Shown here in pieces: positions 47,372 to 51,751 of a stretch of 51,751 bases of DNA (position 1 is its first letter; every line of letters begins with the position of its first letter). The stretch is from positions 1 to 51,751 of the forward strand of contig JAYTHS010000553.1 of NCBI GenBank assembly GCA_043732345.1. The letters run 5' to 3'. The notes beneath the pieces were generated by a model, which worked only from the letters and a program-made list of their open reading frames with translations, had not been told where the DNA came from and did no database searches. This DNA comes from Frankiales bacterium (lineage in GTDB: Bacteria > Actinomycetota > Actinomycetes > Mycobacteriales > SCTD01). The position numbers and the translations under genes are program-made.

Positions 47372-48406
47372 GTGCGCGCCCTGCTGTACGACGCCTTCTG
47401 CGGACCTCTGACCGTCGAGGCCCTCCCCGACCCGGTCCCACCGGACGACGGTGTGGTGGTCCGCGTCGGGGCGACCGGGATCTGCCGCAGCGACTGGCAT
47501 GGGTGGCAGGGGCACGACCCCGACGTACGGCTGCCGCACGTCCCGGGCCATGAGCTCGCCGGGACCGTCGAGCAGGTGGGTCCGCTCGTGACGGCGTGGC
47601 GGGCCGGCGACCGGGTCACGGTGCCCTTCGTCTGCGCCTGTGGACGGTGCGAGCAGTGCCGCGCCGGCGACGGCCAGGTCTGCGCCGACCAGCAGCAGCC
47701 CGGCTTCACGCACTGGGGCAGCTTCGCCGAGCGGGTCGCCCTGCACCACGCAGACGTCAACCTGGTGCGCCTGCCCGACGAGCTGTCGTTCGTCGACGCC
47801 GCGAGCCTGGGGTGTCGCTTCGCGACGGCCTACCGCGCCGTCGTGCAGCAGGGCGGGGTGCGGGCCGGCGAGCAGGTGGTCGTCCACGGGTGCGGCGGAC
47901 TGGGGCTGGCCGCCGTCCAGGTCGCCGTCGACGCCGGCGCCCGGATCGTCGCCGTCGACGTCAGCCTCCCGGCGCTCGAGCTGGCTCGGGCCTTCGGCGC
48001 CGACGCTGTCCTGGACGCCACGGGTCTGGACGAGAATGCCTTGGCGGCAGCAGTTCTCGACCTGACCGGGGGTGCCCACCTGTCGCTCGACGCGGTCGGG
48101 CTCCCCTCAGCCTGCGTCGCCTCGGTGCTCTCGCTCCGGCCTCGGGGCCGGCACGTTCAGGTCGGCCTGCTTCCGCCGTCGCAGGGGCGACCACTGGTCC
48201 CCATGGAGCGGGTCGTCGGGCTCGAGCTGGAGCTCCTCGGCAGCCATGGGATGGCCGCAGCGAGCTACCCGGCGCTGCTCGCGCTGGTCGCCGCCGGTCG
48301 CCTGGACCCGGCCGCACTGGTCACCCGCACCGTTGGCCTCGACGGTGCCGCGCAGGCCCTGCGGACCGTCGGGGACCTGCCCGGGACCGCCGTGCTGGTG
48401 CCCTGA
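47372..48406 (+). CDS. zinc-dependent alcohol dehydrogenase (MDR family)
   Basis: ORF 47312..48406. Candidate starts are ATG 47348, GTG 47363 and GTG 47372 (MRALLYD-type N-terminus preferred). GICRSDWHGW, VPGHELAG, structural Zn CGRCEQCRAGDGQVC, GCGGLGLAA. Confidence 0.8.
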   Translation: MRALLYDAFCGPLTVEALPDPVPPDDGVVVRVGATGICRSDWHGWQGHDPDVRLPHVPGHELAGTVEQVGPLVTAWRAGDRVTVPFVCACGRCEQCRAGDGQVCADQQQPGFTHWGSFAERVALHHADVNLVRLPDELSFVDAASLGCRFATAYRAVVQQGGVRAGEQVVVHGCGGLGLAAVQVAVDAGARIVAVDVSLPALELARAFGADAVLDATGLDENALAAAVLDLTGGAHLSLDAVGLPSACVASVLSLRPRGRHVQVGLLPPSQGRPLVPMERVVGLELELLGSHGMAAASYPALLALVAAGRLDPAALVTRTVGLDGAAQALRTVGDLPGTAVLVP

Positions 48407-48424
48407 GCGGGGCATGATCGTTAG

Positions 48425-49285
48425 GTGATCACGCGCCGGCAGCTGCTCCTCGGCGGAGCTGGGCTCGGCGCGCTCGCGCTCGGAGCCGAGGCCGAGCAGC
48501 CTCGGCTGCGACAGGGTGCCCGACGCCTGCTGCTGGGAGACCCCGAGCCGGCGCACCCCGTCCCCAGCGGGCAGGGCACCGTGGTCCAGGGGACGTTCAC
48601 GTCCCGGGCCATGCAGACCACCACGCGATGGGCGGTCGCCTACCCCGGCCCGGTGACGCCGGGCCTACCGGTGCTGCTCGTCCTGCACGGTCGGGGCGAC
48701 GACGCCCGGGCGGTCCTGGGCAGTCACCGCCTCGGGGCCTTCCTCACCCAGGCCGTCCAGCGCGGGACCCCACCCTTCGCCGTCGTGGCGGTCGACGGCG
48801 GGGACCACACCTACTGGCACCGTCGCGCCTCGGGCCAGGACCCGCAGGCCATGCTCACCGACGAGCTGCTGCCGCTGCTGTCCGCCCACGGCCTGCAGAC
48901 GCGGCGGGTCGCCCTCGGGGGCTGGTCCATGGGGGGCTACGGCGCGCTGCTGCTTGCAGAGCGCCTGGGCAGCAGTCGGATCACCGCCGTCGCCGTCGAC
49001 AGCCCGGCCATCTGGCGCCGCGCCTCCGAGTCGGCACCGGGGGCCTTCGACGACCCCACCGACTTCACCGCGCACGACGTCCTGGCCGGGGCCGCCGACC
49101 TGGCGGAGATCCCGATGCGCGTCTCGTGCGGGACCTCCGACCCGTTCCTGCCCGGCGTGCGCGCCCTGCTGAGCGACCTGCCCCACGCCGAGCACGACCT
49201 CGCCGCGGGCGTCCACGACCTCGCGCGGTGGCAGCACGCCGCCCCGGCCCAGCTGGCGTTCGTCGGCCGGCAGCTCAGGCGCTAA
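48425..49285 (+). CDS. Tat-signal secreted alpha/beta hydrolase / esterase
   Basis: Twin-arginine leader MITRRQLLLGGAGLGALALGA. LVLHGRGDD. Nucleophile elbow GGWSMGGYGA. Confidence 0.75.
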   Translation: MITRRQLLLGGAGLGALALGAEAEQPRLRQGARRLLLGDPEPAHPVPSGQGTVVQGTFTSRAMQTTTRWAVAYPGPVTPGLPVLLVLHGRGDDARAVLGSHRLGAFLTQAVQRGTPPFAVVAVDGGDHTYWHRRASGQDPQAMLTDELLPLLSAHGLQTRRVALGGWSMGGYGALLLAERLGSSRITAVAVDSPAIWRRASESAPGAFDDPTDFTAHDVLAGAADLAEIPMRVSCGTSDPFLPGVRALLSDLPHAEHDLAAGVHDLARWQHAAPAQLAFVGRQLRR

Positions 49286-50075
49286 TCAGGGCGGCCGCGT
49301 CCCGCAGGCAGGCCCGCAGCGGGACGGCCTCGGTCGCAAACGCCGCCTGCGCCGCGGCGTACTCCGCCCGGCCCTGCGGGGTCTCGACCTGCACCGGCAC
49401 CAGACCGAGCGAGGTGAAGTCGTACGGCGAGGCCCGCATGTCCAGCACCCGGACCCGGCGGGCGAGGGCAAAGCAGTCAGCGACCAGCAGCGACGGCACC
49501 CACGGCGAGAGCCGGAAGGCGTGCTTGTAGAGATCCATCGTGGCGTGCAGGCAGCCGGGCTGCTCCAGCTCGAGGCGGCTGTCGGCCGTCGGCTGCAGCT
49601 GGTTCAGCGGCACCGCCGAGGGCGCGAAGAACCGGAAGGCGTCGAAGTGCGAGCACCGCACCGGCATCGCCTCCACGACCGCGTCGGTGCCGGCGGCGCC
49701 CAGCCGGAGCGGGTGGTCGCCGTGCCGCACACCGTGCTGGTCCGACCGGTGCACCATCGCCCACTCATGCAACCCGAAGCACCCCAGGTGCGGTCGGCGG
49801 GCGGCCATCCGGTCCAGCAGCTCGACGGTTGCTGCCGCCGTACGACGGGCCCGGTCCGGCACCGGCGGGAGCGGCGGGGCGCCCTCGAGCGCGACCTCCA
49901 GACCAGCGCTCCACCGCCGCAGGTGGGCGGGGCGGTGGGGGTAGTAGGTGAACAGGAAGTCCTCGACCGGGTGCGCCTCGCCCCGGCTGCGGCGGGCCAG
50001 GTGACCGGCGGTCCAGGCGTCCACGCGCTGCTCGTGCGCCTCGCGCTGCGCCCGCCAGACCGCCTCCGGGACCAT
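49275..50075 (-). CDS. conserved hypothetical protein (family I recall being annotated 3-methyladenine DNA glycosylase-like; function unverified)
   Basis: 266 aa, high GC3. Motifs HPVEDFLFTYYPHRPAHLRRW and GLHEWAMV. Overlaps the convergent esterase gene by 11 nt. Confidence 0.55.
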   Translation of the reverse strand: MVPEAVWRAQREAHEQRVDAWTAGHLARRSRGEAHPVEDFLFTYYPHRPAHLRRWSAGLEVALEGAPPLPPVPDRARRTAAATVELLDRMAARRPHLGCFGLHEWAMVHRSDQHGVRHGDHPLRLGAAGTDAVVEAMPVRCSHFDAFRFFAPSAVPLNQLQPTADSRLELEQPGCLHATMDLYKHAFRLSPWVPSLLVADCFALARRVRVLDMRASPYDFTSLGLVPVQVETPQGRAEYAAAQAAFATEAVPLRACLRDAAALISA

Positions 50076-50124
50076 GCGGCCAGGTTAGGGCCCGCTCTGC
50101 GCTGAACCTGTCCGGCGGGTGACA

Positions 50125-50163
50125 GTGACCGGGTGACCGGGTGACCGGGTGACCGGGTGTCCG
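50125..50163. repeat. 8-bp microsatellite (GTGACCGG)x4 plus degenerate flanking units
   Basis: ...gggtgaca GTGACCGG GTGACCGG GTGACCGG GTGACCGG gtgtccg... in the divergent intergenic region 50076..50454. The period is not a multiple of 3. Confidence 0.9.
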
Positions 50164-50237
50164 ACATCACCGGACCCTTGCCCGAACCGTGACCCGCTTG
50201 TAGGTTTCGGCGTGCTGCTGACAGGTCAGCGACGCCG

Positions 50238-50445
50238 CTGCGGATCGCCGAGTCCTGCCCGCGCCGGGGCGTCACGCGACTGGTGCGCCCCGCGTGCACC
50301 GGCCGAGCACCGCACCTGGGCAGGAGCGGGGGACCCGACGTTCACGGGGCCCGCGAGGGCTCCTCGGGGTGAAGCCTGCACCTGTGCAGGCCGGGCGAGA
50401 TCCGCGCCCGAACCCGACAGCTGACCCCGCAGGCGTGCGGAGAGG
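50238..50445 (+). promoter_or_regulatory. ydaO/yuaA-type cyclic-di-AMP riboswitch in the leader of the NlpC/P60 pair
   Basis: Matches the conserved ydaO blocks in order: ATCGCCGAGTCC ... AGGAGCGGGGGACCC ... CGGGGTGAAGCC ... CCCGAACCCGACAGCTGACCCCGCAGGCGT. This is followed immediately by AGAGG (SD) and ATG 50455. Confidence 0.72.
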
Positions 50446-50454
50446 TCTGCCCAC

Positions 50455-50904
50455 ATGCTCGTCACCACCCATGTCCGGGCCGCTGCCCGGCGCCGGCGCC
50501 TGACCGCCGCACTGCTCGCCACCACCACCGCCCTCACCGTCGCCGGGAGCCTCGCCCCGGCGTCCGTCGAGGCCAGCACGGTCGGCTACGCCGCGGTCCA
50601 GGAGGCCAGCCGGCACAACGGCCAGCCCTACGTCTACGGCGCGGGGGGCCCCACCCGCTTCGACTGCTCCGGCTTGACCAAGTACGTCTACGGCCGGCTC
50701 GGCCGCAGCCTGCCGCACAGCGCGGCAGGGCAGTACACCGCCGCTGGCGTCGTGCACATCTCCCAGGCCAGCCGGGCCGTCGGCGACCTGATCTTCATGC
50801 GCAGCAGCAGCGGTGCGACCTACCACGTCGGCATCTACGCCGGCAGCAACCGGTGGTGGATCGCCCCCAAGACCGGCGACCACGTCAAGCTCCAGACGCT
50901 CTAG
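50455..50904 (+). CDS. secreted NlpC/P60 (C40) peptidoglycan endopeptidase
   Basis: Signal peptide ...ALTVAGSLAPASVEA. Catalytic FDCSGLTKYVY and YHVGIYAG. Confidence 0.88.
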   Translation: MLVTTHVRAAARRRRLTAALLATTTALTVAGSLAPASVEASTVGYAAVQEASRHNGQPYVYGAGGPTRFDCSGLTKYVYGRLGRSLPHSAAGQYTAAGVVHISQASRAVGDLIFMRSSSGATYHVGIYAGSNRWWIAPKTGDHVKLQTL

Positions 50905-50933
50905 AGCAGCCATTACTCCGTCGGCCGGGTCCG

Positions 50934-51377
50934 GTGAGCCGGCTCGCGTCCCTGGCCGCGAGCGTGGCGCTGCTGGCCCCCGTCGCGGGTGTCGTCACCG
51001 CCTCGCCCGCCGAGGCCACCACGCTGGGGCAACGCGCCGTCACCGAGGCGTCGCGCCACTACGGCCAGGCCTACCGGTACGGCGCCGCGGGCCCGACCCG
51101 CTTCGACTGCTCCGGCCTGACGACGTACATCTTCCAGCGCCTCGGCCGCTCTCTGCCGCACAACGCCGCCGGCCAGTACGGCGCCCGCGGCGTCCGCCAC
51201 GTCAGCCGCGCGTCGCTACAGGTCGATGACCTGGTCTTCACGATCCGCAGCGGGGGCATCCGGCGCGTGGGGATCTACGCCGGGGCCGGCCAGATGTGGG
51301 CGGCCACCCAGACCGGGGACGTCGTGCGCAAGCAGTCTCTGGCCGGCCGGACCCTCGTCTTCGGCCGGGTCTCCTAG
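50934..51377 (+). CDS. secreted NlpC/P60 (C40) peptidoglycan endopeptidase, tandem paralog
   Basis: ORF 50853..51377, start re-set to GTG 50934 (VSRLASLAASVALLAPVAGVVTASPAEA). FDCSGLTTYIF, RVGIYAG. Colinear with the upstream copy. Confidence 0.85.
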   Translation: MSRLASLAASVALLAPVAGVVTASPAEATTLGQRAVTEASRHYGQAYRYGAAGPTRFDCSGLTTYIFQRLGRSLPHNAAGQYGARGVRHVSRASLQVDDLVFTIRSGGIRRVGIYAGAGQMWAATQTGDVVRKQSLAGRTLVFGRVS

Positions 51378-51380
51378 CCC

Positions 51381-51612
51381 GTGCCGCACGCCGCTCGACT
51401 GGCCCTGACGACCCTGCTGGCCGGGACGGCGGTGACCGGGGTGCTCTCGGTCTCCGCCCCCGCCCGCGCCGACGAGGTCGCGGTGGCCCAGGCCCGCGTC
51501 GACCGGCTGCAGGCCCTCGTCGTCACCACCACGCGCACCCTCACCGAAGGGACGCGCCAGTGGGAGGACGACCACACCGCGCTGGCCGCCGTCGCCCTGC
51601 GCCTGCGCAACC
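51381..51612 (+). pseudogene. 5' part of a secreted coiled-coil protein gene (RipA-like N-terminus), truncated by a mobile-element insertion
   Basis: GTG 51381. Signal peptide LALTTLLAGTAVTGVLSVSAPARA, then a helical segment DEVAVAQARVDRLQALVV...WEDDHTALAAVALRLRN. The high-GC coding signature stops abruptly at ~51612. Confidence 0.5.
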
Positions 51613-51751
51613 TAGTGGCGTGTCGCCTTTAATGTGATGGTTATGTGTGATCCGCTGTTCCGGTTGATACTTGACCGGGAGGATTTGACGCCGTGCCTCG
51701 TCCTAAGGAGTTCACGGTCCGCTTGAAAGCGGGCGACCGTGCGAAGCTGAC
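51613..51751 (+). mobile_element. left end of an IS630-family-like insertion sequence (runs off the window)
   Basis: GC drops sharply after ...ctgcgcaacc|TA|gtggcgtgtcgcctttaatgtgatggttatgtgtgatcc... GGGAGGA SD plus GTG at 51693 opens VPRPKEFTVRLKAGDRAKL..., which resembles the HTH N-terminus of IS630 transposases. The junction sits at a TA dinucleotide, the IS630/Tc1 target. Confidence 0.45.

Overview
High-GC actinobacterial chromosomal window. Real reading frames have GC3 of roughly 85-95%. I call about 58 protein genes and saw no rRNA, tRNA or CRISPR array. All functions come from motifs I recognised in the translations; no database search was possible. Many long ORFs in the six-frame track are antisense shadows or stop-poor N-terminal extensions. 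Starts were re-set using start/stop overlaps, signal peptides and homology.

Layout:
1. 1-2642: aldo/keto reductase, a decayed cNMP-domain gene, and an esterase.
2. 2643-9255: a lower-GC, decaying accessory tract. It holds an IS-integrase remnant, a frameshifted Mrr, a multiply frameshifted DUF222/HNH nuclease, an intact LAxTG surface protein (TP-rich tandem repeat, duplicated sorting signal), then about 1.3 kb with no clean gene.
3. 9256-18570: TetR, ferritin-like di-iron protein, ACAD-like protein, nucleoside hydrolase and a four-gene ABC importer on the minus strand, facing an acyl-CoA synthetase.
4. 18581-22017: ArsR, membrane proteins, an FKBP lipoprotein.
5. 22029-32648: the most unusual region. 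A tightly coupled nine-ORF minus-strand operon joins FAS-II-type parts (FabG, ACP, internally deleted FabI, ACAD-like) to a sugar-phosphate module (TIM-barrel isomerase, Zn-ADH, class II aldolase fold, FGGY kinase, 2-hydroxyacid dehydrogenase). It faces a divergent ACP-ketosynthase-hisN-isochorismatase-protease operon.
6. 32667-38097: msrA, an FAD-linked oxidase, serA, htrA.
7. 38166-45846: a complete housekeeping FAS-II operon (PucR/FasR-like regulator, fabD, fabH, acpP, kasA/fabF, accD6-like, hydrolase, fabI).
8. 45985-50075: redox and hydrolase genes.
9. 50117-51751: an 8-bp microsatellite, a ydaO-type c-di-AMP riboswitch, two tandem NlpC/P60 genes, and a third secreted gene cut by an IS630-like element at the window edge.

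Best candidate for a previously undescribed system: the ACP/KS/KR/ACAD plus sugar-phosphate cluster at 22029-31851. This is an inference, not proven.
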